A stretch of DNA of 64,000 bases from Sphingomonas sp. (lineage in GTDB: Bacteria > Pseudomonadota > Alphaproteobacteria > Sphingomonadales > Sphingomonadaceae): assembly GCF_036387535.1 (NCBI RefSeq), contig NZ_DASVTO010000072.1, positions 219-64,218 of the forward strand. Direction: 5' to 3'. Every line of letters starts with the position of its first letter. The first letter of the stretch is position 1. Shown piece by piece: positions 56,405-64,000 of the stretch. The notes under the pieces were generated by a model. The model was not told where the DNA came from, made no database searches, and was given only the letters and a program-made list of their open reading frames with translations. A program made the translations under genes and the position numbers.

Positions 56405-56427
56405 CTTGTAGAAAGCCACTCTACAAG
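56405..56427. promoter_or_regulatory. Late-promoter activator site between the divergent O and P genes
   Basis: CTTGTAGAAAGCCACTCTACAAG. Confidence 0.8.
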
Positions 56428-56474
56428 AGCGCTGCCTGATATGGCCATCCGGATCGTGGCTAGGTTCCGGCGCC

Positions 56475-58262
56475 ATGATCGCCCACAGCCACCCGCAGCC
56501 GGCACCGGCCGATGCCCGCCGCCAGGCGCGCAGCCTGTTCTGGCGTGGCTGGAGCGTGTCGCAGGCGGCCGAGGAGCTGGGCCTCAACCGCGCGACCGTC
56601 GAAAGCTGGAAACAGCGGGAGAAATGGGACGAAGCGCCCATGATCCGCAAGCTCGAGGACAGTCTCGAGCTGCAATATATGGCGCTGGTCGCCAAGCAGA
56701 AATGGACGCCGGAGGAATATAAGCGGCTCGACGCGCTCGGCCGGCAGGTGACGACGCTGGCGCGGGTGCGGCGGTTTGTGGCCGAGGGCGGCCATGAAGG
56801 CGACCTCAACGACAATGTCGCCAAGCGCAACGCCGCGCCGAAGAAGAAGGCGAAGCGCAACCATTTCACGGCCGAGCAGGCCGAGCAGCTTCGCCAGCTC
56901 TTCGAAGAGGAGCTATTCGGCTACCAGACCGACTGGCGCGCCAGCTCGTCGCTCCGCACGCGGATCATCCTCAAGTCGCGCCAGATCGGCGCCACCTGGT
57001 ATTTCGCGCGCGAGGCGCTGATCGACGCGATCGAGACCGGTCGCAACCAGATCTTCCTGTCGGCGTCGAAGGCGCAGGCGCACGTCTTCAAAAACTATAT
57101 CGTGCAGTTCGCGCTCCGGGTCGGCGTCGAGCTGAAGGGCGATCCCATCGTCCTGACCAGCGACCTGATCCCCGACGGCGAACCGGCCGCCGAGCTGCAT
57201 TTCCTTGGCACGAACTCGAAAACCGCGCAGAGCTATCACGGCAATTTCTACTTCGATGAATTCTTCTGGGTCTATAATTTCACCAAGCTCAACAATGTCG
57301 CCGCGGCGATGGCGAGCCACAAGAAGTGGCGGAAAACCTATTTCTCGACGCCATCGTCGATCGCGCATGAGGCCTATGACTTCTGGACCGGCGAGGATCA
57401 GAAGAAGCGTCCGGATTATCAGAAGGTCGACCATAGCCATGCCGCGCTGAAGGGTGGGCAGCTGTGCGTCGATCATCGCTGGCGCCAGATCGTCACCCTG
57501 ACCGACGCGGAGGCGCGCGGGTGCGACCTGTTCGACCATGACGAGATCCGTCGCGACAACGCGCCCGACGTCTATGCCAACCTCTATGACTGCCAGTTCG
57601 TCGACGACAGCCTGTCGGCATTCAAGTTCAACGACATGCTCGCCTGCGGGAAGGACAGCCTGGTCGAATGGCTGGACGTCGATAGCGAGGCACGGCGGCC
57701 CTATGGGGACCGGACGGTCTGGGCAGGCTATGATCCGCAGGAGAGTGACGAGGGAGACTATGCGGCGCTGGTGATCTGTGCCGCGCCGAACGGGCCGCAT
57801 GAGCCGTTTCGGCTGCTCGAGCGCCACCAGCTGCGCGGCGATTTCGACGAGCAGGCTACCTTCATCAAGGCGATGCTGGCGCGGTACAATTGCACCTATC
57901 TCGGGATCGACGCCACCGGCGTCGGCGCCGGCGTCTACCAGATCCTCGCCAAACCCGATTCCGGCATCAAGGGCCTGCGCAAGATCGAATATTCGCTCGA
58001 GGTGAAGAGCCACATGATCATGAAGGCGCAGCACACGATCAAGCGCGGCCGGTTGCAGTTCGATGCCGGCTGGCTCGACGTCGTCTCGGCCTTCGTCTCG
58101 ATCAAGAAGACGCTGACCACCAGCGGGCGCAACATCACCTTCAAGGCCGGGCGCAGCGGCGGCGATGGCCATGCCGATCTCGCCTGGGCCGTGATGCACA
58201 TTCTCATGAACGAACCGCTCGACGGCAAGCAAACGCCCGGTGGCACGATGGAGATTTTCTGA
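56475..58262 (+). CDS. P: gpP terminase ATPase subunit
   Basis: ILKSRQIGATWYFAREA, YFDEFFW, TYFSTPS, GYDP, HADLAWA. Confidence 0.96.
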   Translation: MIAHSHPQPAPADARRQARSLFWRGWSVSQAAEELGLNRATVESWKQREKWDEAPMIRKLEDSLELQYMALVAKQKWTPEEYKRLDALGRQVTTLARVRRFVAEGGHEGDLNDNVAKRNAAPKKKAKRNHFTAEQAEQLRQLFEEELFGYQTDWRASSSLRTRIILKSRQIGATWYFAREALIDAIETGRNQIFLSASKAQAHVFKNYIVQFALRVGVELKGDPIVLTSDLIPDGEPAAELHFLGTNSKTAQSYHGNFYFDEFFWVYNFTKLNNVAAAMASHKKWRKTYFSTPSSIAHEAYDFWTGEDQKKRPDYQKVDHSHAALKGGQLCVDHRWRQIVTLTDAEARGCDLFDHDEIRRDNAPDVYANLYDCQFVDDSLSAFKFNDMLACGKDSLVEWLDVDSEARRPYGDRTVWAGYDPQESDEGDYAALVICAAPNGPHEPFRLLERHQLRGDFDEQATFIKAMLARYNCTYLGIDATGVGAGVYQILAKPDSGIKGLRKIEYSLEVKSHMIMKAQHTIKRGRLQFDAGWLDVVSAFVSIKKTLTTSGRNITFKAGRSGGDGHADLAWAVMHILMNEPLDGKQTPGGTMEIF

Positions 58263-59323
58263 TGAGCAAGCGATCGGCCGCAGCCCGGCGGATGTCCAGG
58301 ACCGAGGCGGTGTCGGCCGCGCAGGGCGCTATCGTCGCGGGTGGGCGGCGCGAGGCGGTGGAGGCGTTCACGTTCGGGGATCCGGAGCCGGTGCTGAACC
58401 GGCGCGAGTTGCTCGACCTGATCGAATGTCCGCATAATGGCCGCTGGTACGAGCCACCGCTGTCGATGGACGGCCTGGCGCGGACCTACCGGGTGTCGCC
58501 GCATCATTCGAGCGCGATCATCCTGAAGCGCAAGCTGCTGGTGGCGTCGTTCGTGCCGTCGCCCTGGCTGAGCCGGGCGACGTTCGAGAAAGTGGTCCAG
58601 GACTTCCTGATCTTCGGCAACGCGTATGTCGAGCGGCGCGACAACCTGCTCGGGATGCCGCTCCGGCTGGATCATTCGCTGGCGAAATTCACGCGGCGCG
58701 GCGTGGTGGCGGGCGAATTCTTCTTCGTACCTGGCGGGATGGTGGAGACGCCGTTCCGGCCGGGCAGCATGTTCCAGCTGATGCAGCCCGACATCAATCA
58801 GGAGATCTATGGCCTGCCGGAATATGTTTCGGCGCTTCAGTCGGCCCTGCTCAACGAGAATGCGACGTTGTTCCGGCGTCGCTATTACCTCAACGGCTCG
58901 CACGCCGGGTTCATCCTGCACACCACCGGCGATTTCGCGGAAGGCGCGATCGACAGCATCAAGGCAGCGTTGAAGAATTCCAAGGGTCCGGGCAATTTCC
59001 GTAACCTGCTGATCCACCAAGCCGGCGGCAAGGATGGCGGGGTCAAGCTGATCCCGATCGCCGAGGTGGGGGCGAAGGATGAGTTTCTCGGGATCAAGAA
59101 CACCACGCGCGACGATATCCTGGCCGCGCACCGGACGCCGCCGGCGCTGCTTGGCATCATCCCGACCAATGCCGGCGGGCTGGGCGACCCCGTGAAGGCA
59201 ACCGACATGTTCTATGAGCTGGAAATTGAACCGATGCAGCCGACCTTCAAGCAGATCAACGACTGGCTGGGGCTCCCGGCGGTCGCGTTCAAAGAGCGCG
59301 TGAAGCCGGCCGCCGGCGTTTGA
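58262..59323 (+). CDS. Q: gpQ portal protein (PBSX family)
   Basis: FTFGDPEPV, WYEPP, DINQEIYGLPEY, YYLNGSHAG, KGPGNFRNL. Confidence 0.96.
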   Translation: MSKRSAAARRMSRTEAVSAAQGAIVAGGRREAVEAFTFGDPEPVLNRRELLDLIECPHNGRWYEPPLSMDGLARTYRVSPHHSSAIILKRKLLVASFVPSPWLSRATFEKVVQDFLIFGNAYVERRDNLLGMPLRLDHSLAKFTRRGVVAGEFFFVPGGMVETPFRPGSMFQLMQPDINQEIYGLPEYVSALQSALLNENATLFRRRYYLNGSHAGFILHTTGDFAEGAIDSIKAALKNSKGPGNFRNLLIHQAGGKDGGVKLIPIAEVGAKDEFLGIKNTTRDDILAAHRTPPALLGIIPTNAGGLGDPVKATDMFYELEIEPMQPTFKQINDWLGLPAVAFKERVKPAAGV

Positions 59324-59537
59324 ACGATCGCTTTTGCGGCTCGGGCGGGCTCGGGCGCGCGTCGACGGGCGGGCCGAGGCTCTCCGCGATCCGGGCGGGG
59401 ACGGTCACGAACAGCGCGTGTCGATCCGGATCCCAATCGGCCATGCCGGCCGCGATGGCGTCCGCGTGCGCATCGGCCAGGGTCGGGCGCCAGGGTGCGA
59501 CGGGGCGTTGCAGCATCATCAGCCGGTAGCGTTTCAC
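59289..59537 (-). CDS. Hypothetical protein, second gene of the LexA-boxed unit
   Basis: GTGA-coupled to the upstream gene. Confidence 0.5.
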   Translation of the reverse strand: MKRYRLMMLQRPVAPWRPTLADAHADAIAAGMADWDPDRHALFVTVPARIAESLGPPVDARPSPPEPQKRSFKRRRPASRAL

Positions 59538-59893
59538 ATCCCCGGCCCTCTGCATGGCGCTGCATCCTTCAATTTGGGCTCGGCGGCCTTGGCACCCGCG
59601 GCCATCAGCGCCGGCGTTCGCGCGACACCGACTGCCAGGCATACACGGTTCATGAGTGTGTTCGCATTCTGGGTCGCCAAGAGCCTTTGCGGGCCGGGTT
59701 CGCATGGCTGGTTGAGCATGCCCCGCCAGAATTCATCGAACACCGATCGATCGCCGTTACTGACCGCGAACAGGAAGGCGAGGGCCAAGCGCAGGCCGGG
59801 CGACGGCTCGATCGTCACCTTGCCGACGAGATATTGGGTCTCCTCCAGCACCATCAGAGCCTTCATCGTCAGCGACTCGATCGGCATCCGCAT
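59534..59893 (-). CDS. Hypothetical protein, predicted SOS-inducible
   Basis: ORF directly downstream of the LexA box. Confidence 0.65.
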   Translation of the reverse strand: MRMPIESLTMKALMVLEETQYLVGKVTIEPSPGLRLALAFLFAVSNGDRSVFDEFWRGMLNQPCEPGPQRLLATQNANTLMNRVCLAVGVARTPALMAAGAKAAEPKLKDAAPCRGPGM

Positions 59894-59905
59894 CGGACTA
59901 TATGA

Positions 59906-59920
59906 GAACATATAAGGAAC
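59906..59920 (-). promoter_or_regulatory. Alphaproteobacterial LexA (SOS) box
   Basis: GTTCCTTATATGTTC = GTTC-N7-GTTC, lying between TTGAAC and an AT-rich -10 region. Confidence 0.85.
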
Positions 59921-59939
59921 GGTTCAAGCCGTTCCAACG

Positions 59940-60242
59940 CTATGCCAGCAGATACCAAGCCAGGATCGCGAGGAAGACGATCACCGCCGGGACGATCGCC
60001 GCGCGCAACCGCTTCGATGTCGTTGCGGACCTGTCGGCTGGCACCAGCGCCTCGATCGAGGAGACGCTCAGTTCACTGAACCCCACGCGGATGCCTTCGA
60101 TCCGGACGCGCTGGCCGACTAGGCGGCGGGCGCGGCGGGGTACGTTCAGCTGCCAGCGTCCACCTGCCTCGCGCAGCAGGCCATAGGACTGGCCGTCATG
60201 GTCCAGCTGGCCGATCTCGACGTGGTGGGTTCCGCGCGGCAT
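59940..60242 (-). CDS. DUF5818-like small protein with C-terminal TM
   Basis: LLREAGGRWQL...LVGQRVRIEGIRVGF. Confidence 0.6.
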   Translation of the reverse strand: MPRGTHHVEIGQLDHDGQSYGLLREAGGRWQLNVPRRARRLVGQRVRIEGIRVGFSELSVSSIEALVPADRSATTSKRLRAAIVPAVIVFLAILAWYLLA

Positions 60243-60311
60243 CGTGCGACCATGCCCCAGGCCGCGGCGGGGTGCCACCCCCCTCGATTGGCCAGCGTTG
60301 CGACCCCAAAT

Positions 60312-60366
60312 CGCGCGCTTTTCCCCCCGCCTCGCCTGCCCGCTTTTCGTGTCGCTTTTGATGCAC
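60312..60366 (-). other. P2-type cos packaging site
   Basis: Minus strand GGCGAGGCGGGGGGAAAAGCGC resembles P2 cos GGCGAGGCGGGGAAAGCAC; downstream of the portal gene; flanking ATGCA elements. Confidence 0.8.
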
Positions 60367-60747
60367 CTTCATCCGCCCTCCGAAGGCTCGGAAAAACTAG
60401 GCCACGCGGGCGGTTCTTTAGGCCCTAAGAGCCGCGGAGGAGTGATGCGGATTGATGCAGCTTGAGGGGTATTTCTCGGTAGGTGCCGTCTGTGGCCAAG
60501 AAACTTCGCGAGCTGGCCATCTGGCACCGCTCCTGGCCCCATAGAGGCGATCTCGCCCGGACATGAGGTCGCGGCTCGCGCGCTGCCGAATTCGCCTGCT
60601 CTCCCCGGAGAGCACCGGGGCGGCGAAGCTGCACCGTCCGAGAACATGGCTAGACCGTCCGCTTGTCGCGGTCGCAACGGCAGCTGCCTTAAACCCTTCA
60701 AATTGCGCACGCCGAAGGCGTTCATCATTCCCCTTTGATACTACCCG

Positions 60748-61443
60748 TTACGGATTCTCACCGCTTGGAGGAACCGCGTTAGCCTCATCAACGGCCAAGC
60801 CCAGGCGAGCAAAAGACGCGGCTAAACGTGGGTCGTTGAACCGCATCGCCATCTCTTCCCGGTGCGGCTGGCTCCGGAGCATGCGCTCTGTTTCGGCCGC
60901 GTCAGCGGCTCGGCGATCGGCGTCGTCGACGGGTTGGGGGGCCTTCCCGCGGATGCGTTGAACGAACGCCCGTGCCTTTGCAGGCAGGTCGAGCCGGTAG
61001 GCGTTGCTGACTTGGCGAACCTGTGGACCGCGGCCGGGGTTGTCGACCGGCTCGGTCCGCCTGATCCAATCCAAGAAGCCGTGATCTTTGAGCGCCGCCA
61101 ATGCTTTGCAGACAGCGCTCGGCGCACGCTTCACGCGCTCGGCTATCGTCGCAATGGCCGGGTCCAGTCGACCGGTCCGGCGGCATACCATCGCGTAGAG
61201 AGCTTCGAGAACCTCGATGCCGACGTGACCTAACGGACCATTGCGCTTTCCGGCCTTCTTATGCGCCCGATTGTACGATTTGGCGGCCAGCATACGCGCG
61301 AAGATCTCGTTCTTGGCGATCGGCCGGTAGAAGCGCTCTTCGCGCTCGCCAACATTGTAGCTGTTGCGCCGCACCGGCTGGAACGTCCGGCGCGCCTTGA
61401 AGGTCGCGCCGGTTGCGACTTCGAAGATGGAGCGAGCGGTCAT
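60748..61443 (-). CDS. Plasmid-type HTH replication initiator candidate
   Basis: GPLGHVGIEVLEAL, TGRLDPAIATIA, ALAALKDHGFLDWIRR, RQVSNAY winged-HTH pattern; GGGAG RBS. Confidence 0.65.
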   Translation of the reverse strand: MTARSIFEVATGATFKARRTFQPVRRNSYNVGEREERFYRPIAKNEIFARMLAAKSYNRAHKKAGKRNGPLGHVGIEVLEALYAMVCRRTGRLDPAIATIAERVKRAPSAVCKALAALKDHGFLDWIRRTEPVDNPGRGPQVRQVSNAYRLDLPAKARAFVQRIRGKAPQPVDDADRRAADAAETERMLRSQPHREEMAMRFNDPRLAASFARLGLAVDEANAVPPSGENP

Positions 61444-61468
61444 GCCACCGCTCCCTTCCGCCGGCCAC

Positions 61469-62722
61469 CTAGCGGCGCCTGCCCTCCAGTAGCGACGATG
61501 CCGGCCGTAAACCGTCCAGCAGCACGTCCGCCCATTCCTGGGCCAGCGCTCGACGGCGCGGCATATAGGCCGCGCGATTGTATTTGCTCTCCACCCCGCT
61601 CGGCAGATGCGCCAGCATCAAATCGATAATGGCCCGGTCGGCAGGGCGATCCATGTCCTGCGCCCGTCCGTTCATCAGCGTCGAGAAGGTTGACCGCCAG
61701 CCATGCGGCACATGACGGCCGCGATACGCAGGCAAACGGTTGTAAAGATAACCGACAGCGTTCTCGCTCATGGGTCGGTTGACGTTCCGTTCGCTTGGAA
61801 AAACGACCTTGCTCTTGGCGCTGAACGTCCGCGCGACCGTCAACACTTCGACTGCTTGACGTGCGAGCGGTACAAGGAAGTCGAACCGGTCGTTCTGCTT
61901 GCGCTCGACGATCAGTTTCATGCGCTCGGCGGGGACGTGCCAAAGCGGAGCGGGACCGTCGAGGTCCAGCAGCTCGGTCCAAGGGAGGAAGCGCACGACG
62001 CCCGGCCGAACCGCCGTCAACGCGATGAAGCGCGACATCAGCTTTGTGATCGGATGGGCGATCGAATCCTCGGCCGCGATCAGAAGCGCCCGAGCCTCCT
62101 CGATCGTCAGCAAGGCAGGCTGGCGCCCCTTGATCAATGGCTGCAAGGCGCCGACGATCACGGCCGCCGGGTCGCTGGTCGCTTTGCTGTCGGCAATGGC
62201 GTAGCTGAATATCGCCGAGATCCGCTGTCGCACGCGTCTCGCCGTCTCGACCGCCGGCCTGGCCTCGATCGCGCGGACGATCGTGAGCACCTGGTCCGAT
62301 CGGATCGCCGCTATATCCAATGATCCGACTGTCGGAAAAACATAGTCCTCCAAACTGCGCAGAACATCCTCCGCGTACTTCGCGGACCAGATCGAAGATT
62401 GAAGCGCATGCCACTCGCGGGCAATCGTCTCGAAGCGACGCGAGAGATCCACGTTCGCCGACAGCGACTTTCCGGCCGTCGCCGGGTCCAGCCCGGCCCT
62501 CAGAACGCGTCGAGCATCCTCTGCCATCCGACGCACCTCCTTTAGCCCGATCTGCGGATACGGGCCGAAGGTGAGCAGCTTTTCCTTCTTCTCGAACCGG
62601 TACTTCATGCGCCACGAGCGATAACCGGACGTCGTAACCAGCAGGAACAACCCCTGCCCGTCGGCAAGCTTGTATGGAGCCGCTCGCTTCTCGGCCGTCT
62701 TGCACTGGATATCGGTCAGCAC
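61469..62722 (-). CDS. int: P4-family tyrosine integrase
   Basis: LTDIQCK..YKLADGQGLFLLV arm-binding domain; AVRPG, HGWRSTFST, LAH, YNRA catalytic residues. Confidence 0.95.
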   Translation of the reverse strand: MLTDIQCKTAEKRAAPYKLADGQGLFLLVTTSGYRSWRMKYRFEKKEKLLTFGPYPQIGLKEVRRMAEDARRVLRAGLDPATAGKSLSANVDLSRRFETIAREWHALQSSIWSAKYAEDVLRSLEDYVFPTVGSLDIAAIRSDQVLTIVRAIEARPAVETARRVRQRISAIFSYAIADSKATSDPAAVIVGALQPLIKGRQPALLTIEEARALLIAAEDSIAHPITKLMSRFIALTAVRPGVVRFLPWTELLDLDGPAPLWHVPAERMKLIVERKQNDRFDFLVPLARQAVEVLTVARTFSAKSKVVFPSERNVNRPMSENAVGYLYNRLPAYRGRHVPHGWRSTFSTLMNGRAQDMDRPADRAIIDLMLAHLPSGVESKYNRAAYMPRRRALAQEWADVLLDGLRPASSLLEGRRR

Positions 62723-62726
62723 CCGA

Positions 62727-62884
62727 TACCCCCACGCGCGGATTGGCGTACCCCCAAAATACCCCCAAACTGGGCAAGCTGTTGTGAGCGGCAGTGAGAC
62801 ATAGCGAGACGTCATCTCGCGGGCAAAACCCTACAAAGCAACGGCTTTCATGTGTTTTTGAGACCTCACGAGATGTCGTGAGAA
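62727..62884. promoter_or_regulatory. att arm: TACCCCCA x3 plus two triplets of 10-bp-spaced GAGA(C)-like repeats
   Basis: TACCCCCA at 62727, 62749, 62760; repeats starting at 62784/62794/62804 and 62858/62868/62878. Confidence 0.7.
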
Positions 62885-62903
62885 GCCCCTCAAATTGGGG
62901 CTT
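62883..62903 (-). terminator. Hairpin immediately 3' of the tRNA (weak terminator or processing signal)
   Basis: AAGCCCC-N7-GGGGCTT; no long U tract. Confidence 0.45.
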
Positions 62904-62988
62904 GGTGGACAGGGCTGGATTCGAACCAGCGTACGCTTGCACGGGCAGATTTACAGTCTGCTGCCTTTAACCACTCGGCCACCTGTCC
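62903..62988 (-). tRNA. tRNA-Tyr (GTA), CCA encoded; integration target
   Basis: GGACAGGTGGCCGAGTGGTTAAAGGCAGCAGACTGTAAATCTGC...GGTTCGAATCCAGCCCTGTCCACCA. Confidence 0.97.
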
Positions 62989-63131
62989 ATGGGGCGTCCC
63001 TGCGGGAGGCGGCTCAATGGCGAATAGGGCCGGGGCTGTCAACGTCCGCATCGCATGTTCCTGCGCGGCCATGATAACGGGCGGCGTGGCAAGCATGGCA
63101 AAAGCATGCGGCGCCCGCTAAGGCCGCAGGC

Positions 63132-63875
63132 ATGCGCAAAGGACACCGCCCCTCTTCTCCCGCCCCAGGCCGGCCCCGTATCTGGGGCCGCCATCCCGTC
63201 CTGGCCGCCCTGGCCAACCCGAATCGCGACGTGCGTCGCATCTGGGGCACTCAGGAGGCGCTGGCCGGGCTGGACATCGACAAGGCGATCCCCGTCACCT
63301 ACGCACAGGGGCCGGATCTTGGCCGGTTGGTCCCGAATGACGCCCCGCACCAGGGGATGGTGATCGAGGTCGATCCGCTGCCCGACATCTGGCTGGGCGA
63401 TCTGCTCGATCTCGGTCGCGACGATCAGCGTCCGTTGGTGGTGCTGGATCAGGTCACCGATCCGCATAATGTCGGCGCGATCATGCGGTCGGCCGTCGCT
63501 TTCGGTGCGCTCGGCCTCATCACGCAGGACCGCCATTCGCCGCCCGAATCCGGCGCGCTCGCGCGATCGGCCTCGGGGGCGCTGGAACAGCTCCCGTGGG
63601 TGCGTGTCGTGAACCTCGCGCGTGCGCTGGACGAGATTGCGGAGGCGAATTACTGGCGCATAGGCCTGACCGGCGATGCGCCGCAGACGCTGGAAACCGC
63701 ACTCGGCACCAGCAAGCTGGCACTGGTTCTGGGTTCCGAAGGCGAAGGCATGCGCGCCAACACGGAGGCGCATTGCGACGCGCTCGCCCGGTTGCCGATC
63801 AGCGCGGACGTGGAGAGCCTCAACGTCTCCAACGCCGCGGCGATCGCGCTCTATGCGGCGTCGGTCCGCAAATAA
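63132..63875 (+). CDS. rlmB: SpoU/TrmH-family rRNA 2'-O-methyltransferase (RlmB-like)
   Basis: HQG, LDQVTDPHNVGAIMRSA, GSEGEGMR, ESLNVSNA. Confidence 0.9.
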   Translation: MRKGHRPSSPAPGRPRIWGRHPVLAALANPNRDVRRIWGTQEALAGLDIDKAIPVTYAQGPDLGRLVPNDAPHQGMVIEVDPLPDIWLGDLLDLGRDDQRPLVVLDQVTDPHNVGAIMRSAVAFGALGLITQDRHSPPESGALARSASGALEQLPWVRVVNLARALDEIAEANYWRIGLTGDAPQTLETALGTSKLALVLGSEGEGMRANTEAHCDALARLPISADVESLNVSNAAAIALYAASVRK

Positions 63876-63903
63876 GCCCTCCCGGGTCCGACGGGTCTGA
63901 CGA

Positions 63904-64000
63904 TCAATCCTCGGGTGCGATCGTCACCCGCAATCCGTCCAGCGCGGCCGTGAACGGCACCTGGCACGACAGCCGCGACGTTGCATCACGCGCATCCGAA
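63904..64000 (-). CDS. 2Fe-2S ferredoxin, C-terminal fragment (starts outside window)
   Basis: SRLSCQVPFTAALDGLRVTIAPED. Confidence 0.8.
   Translation of the reverse strand, partial: SDARDATSRLSCQVPFTAALDGLRVTIAPED

Larger units (their letters stand above)
20069..62916. mobile_element. P2-like prophage (~42.8 kb) integrated in the 3' end of tRNA-Tyr
   Basis: 14-bp direct repeat at both ends, integrase next to the tRNA, full P2-type head/tail/lysis gene set, cos site, CI/Cro switch. Confidence 0.95.

Noticed and set aside
36476-56427. TTCTAC/GTAGA palindromes resembling Cas12a repeat stems
   Set aside because: Three isolated copies 9-11 kb apart, each upstream of a late operon; no spacers or cas genes
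60748-62722. Separate P4-like satellite next to a P2 helper
   Set aside because: Only one att pair and one integrase; matching arm repeats and alpA are at the far end, so it is one element; no sid/psu/alpha genes

Overview
High-GC alphaproteobacterial chromosome segment, probably a sphingomonad (gene content, MucR, GapR, alpha-type LexA box). Bases 1-20068 and 62917-64000 are host genes: cca, a GGDEF-EAL protein, parC, purC, bpt/ate, threonine dehydratase, an amidohydrolase, an M61 peptidase-oxoprolinase-DUF969-DUF979-DUF2891 cluster, mucR, a GH16 enzyme, tRNA-Tyr, an RlmB-type methyltransferase and a ferredoxin. Between them is an apparently complete ~42.8 kb P2-like contractile-tail prophage integrated in the 3' end of tRNA-Tyr(GTA), bounded by the 14-bp repeat TGGTGGACAGGGCT (20069-20082 and 62903-62916). 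It is a mosaic: P2-type head, tail, cos and Ogr; a lambdoid CI/Cro switch; a P4-type integrase with AlpA; and a plasmid-type HTH replication protein in place of P2 gpA. Most unusual items: (1) an accessory block inside the late lysis-tail operon, made of a CarF/TMEM189-like lipid desaturase coupled to the o-spanin, a cadherin-repeat/SGNH protein whose N-terminus copies the tail-sheath N-terminus and which is split by one in-frame TAA, and a lone OmpR-type winged helix; (2) int and rep join the early lytic operon only after excision; (3) three copies of a 23-bp late-promoter palindrome, two of which supply the stop codons of accessory genes; (4) a LexA-boxed two-gene unit, an RHH/antisense-RNA module, a BrnT-HTH toxin-antitoxin pair and a DUF4145 moron. 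All family assignments come from motif recognition by eye, not from database searches.
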